Origin: Lama guanicoe
Lineage: Eukaryota
Assembly (NCBI GenBank): GCA_013239625.1
Contig: MU053881.1
Coordinates: 9,633,957-9,697,956, forward strand
Length of the DNA: 64,000 nucleotides
Reading direction: 5' to 3'
Shown: positions 13,386 to 26,020 of the stretch, piece by piece
Layout: each line of letters begins with the position of its first letter
Position numbering within the stretch: position 1 is the first letter of the stretch
The notes under the pieces: model-generated
The model's database searches: none
What the model saw: only the letters and a program-made list of their open reading frames with translations
What the model was told of the DNA's origin: nothing
Translations under genes and position numbers: made by a program

Positions 13386-13389
13386 GCTC

Positions 13390-14371
13390 CAGTGTTGTCC
13401 AATAAGGTAGCCATTAAGCATTTAAAGTGTGGCTAGTCCAGGAATAGACTTACCATATGACCCTGTAATCCCGCTCCTTGGCATATATCCAGAAGGAACC
13501 CTACTTCAAAAAGACACCTGCACCCCAATGCTCATAGCAGCACTATTTACAATAGCCAAGACATGGAAAGAGCCTAAATGTCCATCAACAGATGACTGGG
13601 TAAAGAAGATGTGGTATATTTATACAGTGGAATACTATTCAGCCATAAAAATGAAAACATAATGCCATTTGCAGCAGCATGGATGTCTGTGGAGAATGTC
13701 ATTCTAAGTGAAGTAAGCCAGAAAGAGAAAGAAAAATATCATATGAGATCGCTCATATGTGGAATCTAAAAAAAAAAAGAACATAAATACAAAACAGAAA
13801 CAGACTCATAGAAAAAAAATACAAACTTGTGGTTGCCAAGGGGGAGGAGGGTGGGAAGGGATAGACTGGGAGTTCAAAATTTGTAGATACTGACAGGCAT
13901 ATGTAGAATACATAAACAAGATTATACTGTATAGCACAGGGAAATATATACAAGATCTTGTGGTAGCTCATAGCAAAAAAAATGTGACAATGAATATATG
14001 TATGTTCATGTATAACTGAAAAATTGTGCTCTACACTGGAATTTGACACAACATTGTAAAATGACTGTAACTCAAAAAAAATGTTTAAAAAAAATAAAGT
14101 GTGGCTAGTCCAAAATGAGGTGCACTGAATGGAAAAAAAAAAAAACACACTAGATTTCAGACTAGTACGAGACTCAGTACGAAAGTAAACATCTAAAATA
14201 CCTTACAAATAATTTTTGTTACATGTGGATAATATTTTAGGGATATTAAGTTTAATAAAATGTATTACACAAATTAATTTCATTTTATTTCTTTTTACTT
14301 ATTTTTTAATGTGGTACTATCAAATTTTAAATCTTATATATAGCTCATATTGGTATTTCAACTGAACATTG
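13390..14371 (-). mobile_element. MER33-like hAT element split by an L1 insertion (arms 13390-13440 and 14096-14371)
   Basis: Starts cagtgttgtccaata. The sequence resumes after the L1 (gtggctagtccaaaatgagg...acacactagatttc...) collinear with the copy at 4961-5270. Confidence 0.8.
13441..14095 (+). mobile_element. 5'-truncated young LINE-1 with perfect 17-bp TSD
   Basis: ORF2 C-terminal peptide GIDLPYDPVIPLLGIYPEGTLLQKDTCTPMLIAALFTIAKTW, then 3'UTR and A-tail. TSD aaagtgtggctagtcca at 13424-13440 and 14096-14112, with a TT/AAAG endonuclease-type site. Confidence 0.97.
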
Positions 14372-14907
14372 TATCTCTATGTGAACTTGTTTTTGTTGAG
14401 GTGTGGGGGCAACACTGGTTGACCCTCTCATTTCAAAACGAAAGTAGTAAAATTATTCTAAATTAAAATCAGGACCATGGTGTATGTATTAAAAAGTTTA
14501 GTATGTAATATTTTTTTTAAACATCTAAAGATTTGAAATAGATATACCAAATTTTTTTTTATTAAGAAAACTGAAGCATTAACTAACTATCCTTAACTAT
14601 CATTCAAAGATTATCAAATCCCATCTGTGGCTGGGATTCAGCCTTCAATTATGAATCCCCTTGGGGCATGATATAGGTATATATGTATGTATGTTTGTAT
14701 GTTTGGATGCTATTTAGACAATCCACCACAAGGTAAGACCTTTCATCCAGTGCCTTGTCCACAGAGTAGTGGGAACATTCAGCCAACTGGTAAATATCAT
14801 CCAGTATTGTTGTAACTGGCATTATCTATGTAATGAGATAAATAGGCGTATACAGGTATGTGGGAACATAATGACCTTTGTTAACATTCTCTCTGTTGGC
14901 CAAGGTA

Positions 14908-15128
14908 CAGTTGACATTTGAACAACATGGGGTTGGAACCACGTGGCCCCACTTATATGCGGATTTTTTCCCAATGAATACGTACTACAAGTGCTGCACA
15001 ATTCCCATTTGGCTAAATCAGCAGATGTGGAACCACCATACAGAGGGTCAACTGCAAAGTTACAGCCATGTGTTCCACTGCACAGAGAGTAAGTGCCTCT
15101 ATCACTCTCACTGTTGAAGGGCCAACTG
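14908..15128 (+). mobile_element. Tigger2/MER8-like TcMar MITE
   Basis: TIRs cagttgacatttgaaca ... tgttgaagggccaactg, flanked by a TA duplication (14906-14907, 15129-15130). Confidence 0.88.
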
Positions 15129-16164
15129 TACTATGAACCCTAAAGCGCTGACCTAAATTGGAGCTTCTGCAATCAACGTATTAGGAATTATTACTTGTAT
15201 TCTGTAAATTAACCACCATTATGCTACTAAAGTGAGGTTCATGTATTTATTTTCATAGTATTTCATATGTTTTAATGATGATGAGTGAATTTCAGTCTTG
15301 ACTTTCCTGATATGGACCATATACTCATATTTTGATAATTCGTTTTTATCAGAAGTCCCCAGGCACTCTCTGTTTACAGAGTCCTTGGTGTCTCAGGGTA
15401 TTTTCATGGTGCCCTAGGGTAAAAGAATTATGTAACAGCTGCATGTATTAAGTAATTAGGCCCAAACAACTTAATCATAATTATTTAAGCAGATGTTGCT
15501 GTCTTTAAATATTTTAAATATCTCATAGGTCCCAAGTTAAGTTTGCTAAAGTTAATACAGTTGCCTCAGCCCAGTTTTAGAACTACAGAACTACATTAAC
15601 TTTAAATGTTTAAGAAAAGAAAATTCTGTCATTTCTAAGGGAAAGAATACACCTAATACTAATAGCTATTCAGAGCTTTGTTACTTTTAACACATTCTAA
15701 TTATTATCAGGGTTTGTAAAAGTCATCATGTACTGCACTACTGGTCAACTATTTCAGATTGACAATTAGGGTAGATTATATCAGTCAATCAGTTGGTGAG
15801 TCAACAAGCGTTTCTAGAATGCCTATTATATACCCAAGTGTCTACTCTCAAACAGCCAATACCAATTTATCTGCAGATACATCTCAATGTTTTAATTTTC
15901 CACATTTTTCTAAAAAAAAAATCACATGACTCAAATAGGGAGCTCAAATGATTAATATAATCTCAATCATTTTGTTTCTTATCTTTACTTATTATGCTTT
16001 TCAAATTAACCTATGATTAAAAATTCTTGTGATGACTAGGAGGTCTTGTGAAATTCTGAAGATGAAATACTTTAACTACAATGTTGCTGTCATTTTCAGA
16101 ACACAGATAGAGGTAGGGACTCAAACAGTGAAAGAGTCAACAAAAACTAAAAACTAACTTTCAA

Positions 16165-19100
16165 CTTCCAGTTCCTATCTGCATGTAAATTATTCAGAAG
16201 TTGCCACTCCATTCTAACAAATAAAAAGCTGAACAAACTGAAAAATTACAACCATTCTTTGATATGATAGAGACATGAGGCCACTGCCCTCAAAAATTGC
16301 AGAGACAGACAGGCAGATACAGAGAATCACAACCTCCCAGAGCAGAAAGCCACAAACAGAAACCTCCATGGGAACCAGTGCCAGGGAAAGAAGACATGAA
16401 CTATAATGAACAAACTGCTGGAGGCTCATTGTGGACAAATAAAAGAGTTAAAGACTCCAGGAGCCCACAGTCACTGTGAGTCTCCCACACTTTTGTGAGT
16501 TTTACCTCCAGAAGCTCTATCAGGTTCTCACAGTGATTATGGGAGAAAAATTCCCTTGTGCTTCTGGCAAGGGAGAGGAAAAGAAACCACTTTTAAATAT
16601 GCCAGAGCATTCTATACTTCTTAACAAGGTCTGACTTCAGGTGAAACTCTATTACCAGAGTTTAAACTGGCAGAAATTTATCAGAGACTAACCTATCTGT
16701 GGGAAGAGACATGCTCAATTCCAGCTCCCTGTAGCCTTCCACGTGGAGGAAGAGAAATATCCAAATCCAACCTTCTCAGCCTTTCACGTGAGGGAAGGGA
16801 AGGACACATCAGCCCCTACCAGTCACCCTGCCCCACCTAAATGGGGAAAAACTGAGAAGTACTGGTAAAGTTCACCGTCCAAGTTTACTGAGACTGAATC
16901 ATAGGACTATAGAACACTTCCCTCCCTCTACACATTACCACTACACTACTAAAGATCTATTTAACACAATTCCTTCTATCTAGTACAACATGTTTGCCTT
17001 TCAACAAAAAATTACAAGGCATACTAAAAGGCAAGAAGCATAGTGTGAAGGGAGTGAACAAGCATTAGAACCAGAGTCAGAAATATCAGAAATGTTAGAA
17101 TTACTGGACTATATTTTTTTGAACTGTGATTAAATGCTAAGGATTTTAATGAAAAATGTGGAGGGCATGCGAAAATAGATGGATAATATAAGTAGAAACA
17201 AGGAAATTATAAGAAAGAATCAAAAAGAAATATTAAAAATCAAAATAACTAACATAAATAAAGAACGCCTTTGATAGGCTCACTAATTAGACATGATTGA
17301 AGAAAGAATGTCTAAACTCAAGGATATGACAAAAGTAACTTCCAAAACTGAAAAACAAAGAGAAAAAGGACTGGGAAGAAATAAAGAACAAAACACCCAA
17401 GAACTATGGGACAACTACAAAAGGTATAACATATGTGTAATGGGAGTAACAGAAAAAAGAGGAGAGAAAGAAAAAAACAAAAACAAAAACAATACTTGAA
17501 GCAACAATGACTGAGAAATTCCCCAAAATTAATGTCAATATCAAACCACAGATCCAGGGAAATTAGCAAATGCCAGGCAGAATAAATGCCTAATAAACTA
17601 CACTTAAGCATATAATGTTCAAACTTCAGAGAATCAAAAATAAAGACAAAATCTTGAAAGAAACTAGAGGAAAAAAACAACCTATAGAGGAACAAAATAA
17701 GAATGATACCCAGTTTCTCTGAAGAAATGCAAGCATAAAGAGAGTAGAGTGAAACACTCAACATTTTGAAAAGATAAAAAATCCATCAATCTAGAATTCT
17801 ATACCTTACAAAATTATCCTTTAAAACTGAAGGAGAAATAGAGACTTTATCAGACAAATAAAATGCAGATAATTTATTGGCAGTAGACCTGCTTTGCAAG
17901 AAATTTTAAAAGAAGTTTTTAGAGAGAATGAAAATAATATAGGTTAGAAACTTAGATCTACATAAAAAGAAAAGCATTGGAGAATGAATAAATAAAACAA
18001 ATAAAACTTAATTTTTCAATTGATCTAACAACAGTTTTTACAAAAGAATAACAGCAAGAATATATTTGGTTATGTATGCTTTTGTATAGATGTGTAGCTC
18101 CTTAGATAAGTTTATGTATAAGTGAAAAGAGTAATAGCACCAACATAAGAAATGGGAGGGAGGAATTAAGGATTTTTTAATAAGCTACTCATACTACTCA
18201 TGATGGGATATAGTATTTTTTGAAAGTTAACCTGGATATTCTAAATGTATATTGCAAACCCTAGGGCAACCACTTTAAAAAAGTGCAATTAATATACTAA
18301 CAAAGGATAGAAAGTAAAATATAAATGCTCAAAATCATAAAAATGGAACACAAAACAAATAAAGAAAAAGTGTAACAGCAGTAAAAAATATAGTAGATAT
18401 TAATCTGACTATATTACTAATTACTTTAAAAGTCAATTGTGTAAATACATAAATCAAAAGACAGAAATAGAGTGGATCAAAAAACAAGATCCAACTATAT
18501 GGTCTTTATAACATATACATTAAAAGTAAAGATGTGGAAAGATATATCATGCTAACATGCTAATCAAAAGAAAGTAGAAATAACTATATTAATTTCAGAT
18601 AGAGGAGGAGAGGAATTTAGAGCAAGGAAGTTAACAGGGATGATATGTGGCATTACATAAAAATAAAAGGATCAATAATCCAGGAAGGGATAACAATCTT
18701 TCTTGTGTAATGTAGAAAAACAGAGCATTAAAATATGTGATCCTAAAACTGGTTAGAGCCACAAGGAGACATAGATTAATCCACTATTATAGTTGAAGGT
18801 ATTGACACTCTTCTATGGGAAATAGACAGGTCAAATCGAGCAGTCAGGAAATCAGTAAGGACACAGCTGAATTCAAAAGCATTATTAATCATCTGGATAT
18901 AACTGACTTTTACAGACTACTTCCTCTAACAATAGTAGATTACACCTATTCTTAAGCTCATGTGGAAATTTCACCAAGACAGACCCATTCTGATTCACAC
19001 CTTAATAAATTTAAAAAATAAAAGAAAACATGCAATTTCTTCTCTCATACCACAATGGAATTAAACTTGAAATTAATCATAGAAAGATAGTTGGAAAATC

Positions 19101-22100
19101 CCAAAATACATGGGGATTAAACAATACATTTCTAAATAATACATGGTCAAAGAAGAAATCTCAAGAGAAATGTAAAAATATTTTAAATTAAATGAAAATG
19201 AAAATACAACCTACCAAAATTCATGAGATGCAGCAAAAGTAATGCTTAGAATAAAATGAATAGCACTGAAAAATATATATACATGGAAAGAAGAAAGATC
19301 TAAAATCAATAATCTAAGTTTCCACCTTAGAAAAATACAAAAAGAGTAAATAATAGTGCAAGTAAACAGACAGAAATTAATAAAAATTATAGCAGAAATC
19401 AATGTTACTGAAAACAGGAAATCAATAGAGGAAACCAACTAATCAACTAAATAACTTATTCCTTGAAAAGATCACTAAAATCAATGAGCCTTTAGCCAGG
19501 CTAACTAAGAAAAAGAGAGAGGACACACATTAGTAACATCAGAGATGAAAGTGGGCCATCATACAGATTCTATGGACATTAAAAGGATAATGATAAAGAA
19601 ATGTTCTGAAAAATAAAATGCCCCCAAATTTGACAACCTATATGAAATAAACCAACCTCTTGAAAGACACATTCGGTTAGAACTCACACAAGATAAAATA
19701 GGCAATCTGGATAGGTTTATGTCTATTAAAGCAACTGTCCATAATTAATAAACCTCCAAAAGGGAAAACTCTAGGTCTTGATGGATTTGCTGGTGAATTC
19801 TACCAAATATTTATGGAAGAAATTTTACTAATTCTCTACAATCTCTTCCAGAGATATAAGCAGAGGAAATACTTTCTAACTCATTCTGTAAGACCAACAC
19901 TACCCTAATACCAAACTCAGAAAAAAAATTACAAAAAAACTACAAATCACTATTCCTCATGAATGTAGATGCAAAAATGTCCAAAAAATATAGGCAAACT
20001 GAATCTGCAATGTATAAAAAGAATTATACACCATGATAAAATGGGATTCATCCCAGGTATGCAAGGCTGGTTCAACATGCAAAATTTGATTAATGTAATC
20101 CATCACATCAACAGATTAAAGATGAAAATTACATGATTATATCAACAAGTGCAGAAAATCATTTGAAAAAAATCCAACATCCACTTATGATAAAAAGTCT
20201 CAGCAAACTAAGAATAGAGGAGGATTTCTTCAGTGTAGTAAATAATATATATATATATTTTAAAAACCTATAACTAACTTCCATCTAAATGGTGAGAAAC
20301 ATGAAGCATTACCATTAAGATTAGGAAAAAAGTAAGGCTGTCATTTCTCACCATTGCTTTTTAACACCCTACTAGAAGTCTTAAATAATGCAATAAGACA
20401 GGAAAAGTAAATGAAAGTTACACAGATTGGAAAGCAAGAAATAAAACAGTCTTTCCTTGCAGATGACATGATTGTCTATGTAGAAAGTCCCAAAGAATCC
20501 AACAACAACAACAACAACAACTTCTGGAACTAGTAAGCAATTACAGCAAGGTTACAGGATGCATGTTAACATACAAAATTCAATCATTTTAATATATACC
20601 ATCAATTAACAAGTGATATTCAAAACTGAAAATACAATGTCATTTACATTAATAGATGTAAAACTTAGGGTTATACAAGAACTATATGAGAAAGAATACA
20701 AAGCTCTGACAAAAGATATCAAAGAAGAACTAAACAAATGGAGAGATATTCCATGTTCATGAATAGGAAGATTCAATATCGTCAAGAGGTCAGTTCTACC
20801 CAACTTTACGTATAGAGTCAATGTGATCACTGTCAAAATCCTATTATTAATTTATAGTAATCAAAACAGTATGGTACCGGTGAAAGAACAGATAAAAAAA
20901 AATCTATCAATGGAGCAGAATAGAAAACTCAAGAATAGACTCATAAATATAGCCAATCAAACTTCAATAAAGGAGAAAAGGCAATACAATAGGACAAAGA
21001 CAGTCTCTTTAACAACTGGTGCTACAACAACTGGACATCACATCAAAAAAAAAATCTAGACACAGACCTTACTCCCTTCAAAAATTAATTCAAAATGATC
21101 ACAGACCTAAGGGTAAAACATAAAACTATAAACCTCCTAGAAGGTAACAGAGTATACCTAGATGGCCTTGGATATGACTGTGAATTTTTAGACACAACAC
21201 AAAAAGCATGATCCACAAAAGAAATAATAGATCAGTAGGGCTTAAGCGAAATTAAAAACTTTTGCTCTAGGAAGGACAATGTTGAGAGAGTGGTAAGACA
21301 AATCATAGACTGAGAGAGGGTATTTGCAAGAGACACATCTGATAAAAGGCTATTATTCAGAATACACAAAGAATGCTTAAAACTCAACAATAAGAAAATT
21401 AACGACCCTATTTTTAAAATGGGAAAAGGCCTGAACAGATACCTCACCAAAGAATATATACAGATGGCAAGTAAGCCTATGAAAAGATATTCCACATCAT
21501 CGGTCATCAGGGAATTGCAAATGAAAACAAGATACCACTACACACCTATTAGAATGTCCAAAACCCCAAACACTGACAGTATCAAATGTTGGTAAGGATG
21601 TGGAGCAACAGGAACTCTAATTCACTGCTGCTGTGACTACGAAATGATACAGCCAGTATCACCAGAAGACAGTTTGTCAGCTTCTTACAAAACTAAACAA
21701 CTCACCATAATATCTGACATTCACACTCCTTAGTATCCACCCCAAGGAACTGAAAACTCCTGTCTACACAAAAAAGCTGAACATGACAGCTTTATCTGTA
21801 ATTGCCAAAACTTGGAGGCAACCAAAATGTCCTTCAGTAGTTGAGTGGATAAACTGTGGTACATCCCATGAAATTTTATTCAGCACTAAAAAGAAACGAG
21901 TTTTCAAGTCATGAAAAGAGATGGAGGATTCTTAAATGTATATTACTAAGTGAAAGAAGCCAATCTGAAAAAGCTTCAGATTGTATGATTCCAAGTGTAT
22001 GTATGACATTCTGGAAAAGGTAAAGCTAGGGAAACAGTAAAAAGATTAGTGTTTGCCAGCAGCTAGTGGGGATAAAAAGATGAACAGGCAGAGCAAAGGG

Positions 22101-22419
22101 GATTTTTAAGGTGGTGAAACTATTCAGGGTGATACGGTAGTGGTGGATGCATGACATTATGCATTTGTTGAAACCCATAAAAAGTCTAATACCAAGAGTG
22201 AAACCTAATGTAGACAATGGACATAGAGTGGTAATGAAACGTCAATTTAGGTTCATGGATCATAACAAATACACCATTCAGATGTGGTAAACTGACAGTG
22301 AAGGGAATTATAAGCCTGTGAGGAGAGGGGGTTTATGGGAATTCTTCATATTGTCCATTCAATTTTGTTGTGAACCTAGCATTGCTCTTAAAAATAACTT
22401 TTATTCATTAAAAAAAACC
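16165..22419 (+). mobile_element. Near full-length ancient LINE-1 (L1MC-type 3' end) with degenerate ORF1 and ORF2
   Basis: ORF1 remnant at about 17000-17970 (EQNTQELWDNYKRYNICVMGV). ORF2 remnant at about 18390-21960 with RT motifs [12 protein letters not shown] (20041-20076) and ADDMIVYVE (20459-20485). L1MC-like 3'UTR and A-tail to about 22417. Many stops and frameshifts. Confidence 0.93.
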
Positions 22420-22719
22420 CTTACTCTCAAGAGAGCTCCATCTGGGAATACCTATGTTGGTCACACAACCCTACAAAATGATGAGGTGGTTAACATAAAA
22501 GATGAATACTCTGTAAAGTGGATGGAAAAACTGATACTTCCAACCAAACAGGAATTCCTAATGGTGGAAAAGTTCATGCACAGACAAGGGTAACAGTTTA
22601 TGGTGGTAGTTTTGAAGTTAAAACCAGTTTAAACGGAGCCACGATGTAAAATTCGTTCAAAGGAAAAGCAGTATGGCCACTCCTGCTGTACACACATCTG
22701 TTCCAAGAGTGGCTCCATT

Positions 22720-23260
22720 CATTCCACAGCCAGTAATTAATTGGCTACTCTGAAGAAGACACTGCACAAGTGCCTCAGAGGATGAGTGAGGCGTACAGTC
22801 CTCTGGCAGGCATCTTGGAAGCTAACATGGAGGTGTCACACGCATAAGAAAAAAATAATTCTTTTGTAAGTCTAAATGGAAAGGAAAATAAAGAATATAG
22901 TAAACGAAGCCAATGCTGGAGAAAAACTTCTGTCTGAGAAAGAGGCAGCATATGGACCAAGTCTGGGAAGATGAAAAAAATCACCAGGTGGAATGGGAGG
23001 TGCGGAGGAATTCTACCGGAGGGAGCAGCGTGAAGCAACGGGAGTGCAGAGAGGGCCCTGTTCCGGGGACTGGAGTTTGGCTGGGATGTGAGGGATGCAA
23101 ATGGAAGTAGGTAGAAGCCAGACTGGAGAACTGTAAGTGGCAGTTTGGACTAGATTGTGTCAACACTAGGGAAGAAAGCTTTGAACAATTTTAAGCAGAC
23201 GAGGATAACATGAATCTCACTGAGTTTTAAAAAGATCAAATCAATAGAACTGCTGATTAG
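22720..23260 (-). mobile_element. L2 LINE remnant
   Basis: Purine-rich reverse-L2 text (gagggagcagcgtgaagcaacgggagtg...gagtttggctggga...ttttaagcagacgaggataacatgaatctcactgagttttaaaaagatca). Confidence 0.65.
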
Positions 23261-25639
23261 ATATGAGAAGAGGGGATGGGATGATAAAACCTATCTCCAA
23301 GGGTGCCCAGGAGAATTAAGTTACATTTACTTAGGAAAAAAAAAAAAACCTTAGAAAACTCATGTCTTGGCTTATAATGTAAAAGCTGCATACACAGTCT
23401 ATACCATAGTAACATCGACATGGTTGCGATTCTGAGAGGAATGAATATTTCAGCGCATGATAATCCAGTAACGTCATATATTAAATCACCTTAAGTGAAT
23501 TAGAAGAGTTTATTCTCTAAAACAGCAATGAAATACAATTAAGTAATTCACAATTTTCCAAAGTGTCTTTTAAAAGCGCATATTTGGTGTGTCATATACT
23601 ACAATGCTCTTTCAAAGGAACTTTTTAAAATAAAGCACCAGATCCTCTCTGTATGTGGAACAATGTTAAATTCCAGCTCTGCTTTGAGCATAATTAAGTA
23701 CCCATAACACCATAAAACTTTTATTAAATTACGGTGTTGGGAATGAAATGTAAATTTGTCTTCCAATATGATGTTGGCATTTCAACCTTTTTTTTTTTTA
23801 CAGTCTGAATATCATTAATAGTAAAAGTTCAAGGAATAAGTAATGCTGAAGTATTGAGTAGAATTCAAGGTGTCACATAATTATAAATACTAGTGAAATT
23901 ATATTCTTGAGCTATTATCTATCCTTCCTGCTTATTTTCTAAATAACCATCACTGATACAGTCTATAATTATAAAAGAGATAGTAAGATGGGGTTAACAT
24001 GCCAACCACCACCTATAAATGAGCTTTATCTTTTGTCATAATATATGGAGGACAGAAATGGCTTTACTGGTCAATTATTTACACTACAAACTCCAAAACA
24101 TACAAATATTATAAGCAGAAGATATCTATTCAAGTTCAAAAGCACAAAGAAAATGATACAAAGAGAATCTGTATTTTTCTTAACACATAGAAGGCATAAA
24201 GAAATCTACTTAAGCTTTAAATGAATTGAAAAAATAAAAATAAATATATATTATCTTTGTTCTGCAGTGCTGAAGAGACGGGGCAAAGATCAGAGAATTT
24301 AGCTTCTTGTTGGTTATAGCTGATTATTCTGTATTAAAACTTGTTTTGAAGACATCCTACCCAAATAAAGAATTTTCTCCCTTTAAGGAAAGGAAAATGC
24401 TGCTTTTATTTCAGAAAAATCTGCCTTGCCCCAATAGAAAATGCTCACAATGCAAATATGCTCAGGGACCACGTCTGTCTAGGATGTGTTGTGAGCAAGC
24501 AGAAGTTTCTCTCACCTTCCCCAGTCCCCCTGGAGATCTGACCCAAAGAGAATGTGAATAGACTTTTCCATTTTGTTTCACATCAGGGTCTCCTGAGAGG
24601 CAAAGGACTGGAAAGCCATAGCCACAATATCCAAAGCATGATTCAAGCTGATGTCCTAGTAAAGGAAATGTACACTCCAAGCTTTTCTTTTTTTTTTTTT
24701 TCCCCAACCCACCATTCGCTCCAAATGATAAAATCACAGCCTCAAGGAAAATCACACCTTAAAAAAAAATTGTTTGTGTTGGCTGTTCTCTTAGAGAAGT
24801 TGAGTTTTCCTGGAAAGTTAACATTCCTTGTCAGAAAGGAAATAAAAATAAATGCAGCACAGGCAAAGATGACATTTGAATCCAAACAAAAGTTTGTCTT
24901 TTGCTTTTTTTTTTTCCCCTCTTTTCTCCGGATCATACACTGATGTGCTAAGAAAAACAGCCCCAATTTAGCTTTCCATAAGCCCTTCAGTGTGGTTCAT
25001 ATATACAGTCTCTCCTAAAGAGGTTTACTCACAACCCTTATGAAAAAAGGAACAAATATGCCATGTGAAAACCGAGTGTTGGTTAGAGCATCAACAGAGA
25101 GGCCATGGGGGGTCGGGGAGGGGGGGGAATGCCAGTGGCTTATTTATTGAAATGATTCAATGTTTTAGACAAGAGAAGATTGAAGCATGCCTCAATAGCT
25201 GAAATCACCTTCACTGTGACAAACTTCCACCTACTGAACTTAAAAACATCAGTGTACGATACACCAAGTTCAGGCTTCGATTATAAGCATCTAGGCTAAA
25301 CCTGGGCCAGTCACAGACTTACTAGTTCCAGACTTAATCCACTATGCATTTACACTGGATCCAGATACATGTATGACAGTCACGAAGGGCGGTGACGGTA
25401 AACACACCAGAATGGTGACCCACAGCAGACAAAACCTGGGAGGAGCCTCTGACATTCTCAGCATTGAATTCTGGGTAGCATCACTTCTCCGCTGGATTCC
25501 CGTAAGGATCTCAATCACGTCTCCCTGGTGGCCATAGTGCCTCACTCTCACTCGTTGTTCACAATGTAACTTCTCATTCTCCTGTTTACAGTCTAATGTT
25601 CGTACGACCACAGGATGAAATCCCAACTCCCTCCCATCA

Positions 25640-26020
25640 GGTCATTCAAGGAACAGAGCCTGTCTTTCGGAGTCTACTCTTCCCAAGCTCATACTCTCCA
25701 ACTCCTGGTCCCAGACGTGGAGGCTTCACATTCCCCATGTCACTTCTTCTTTGTCTCTGGGTATTTGTGACATGCTGTTCTCTCAGCCTAGAATACACCC
25801 CTTCTCCATCACAAGCCCCCCTTTGCCCTCGTGACTGGATACCTTTAATAGGTTCCATTACATTCTACACTTAACTATTATTTTTATAGACTAGGTTGAA
25901 GTAAGTGGTTCACTTTTCTCTCACATTATAAAGATGCATGGTCTTTAAACACTACCTGTAACAGTGCCTGGTACAATGGAGATACAGAAAAAAAAATATT
26001 TTGAACGAATAAATGACTGA
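25640..26020 (+). mobile_element. L2 LINE 3' remnant
   Basis: catgctgttctctcagcctagaatacaccc...aacagtgcctggtacaatggag...tattttgaacgaataaatga. Confidence 0.6.

Noticed and set aside
17293..22217. ORFs within the large L1
   Set aside because: Degenerate L1 ORF1/ORF2 pieces or antisense frames. The element is not coding-competent.
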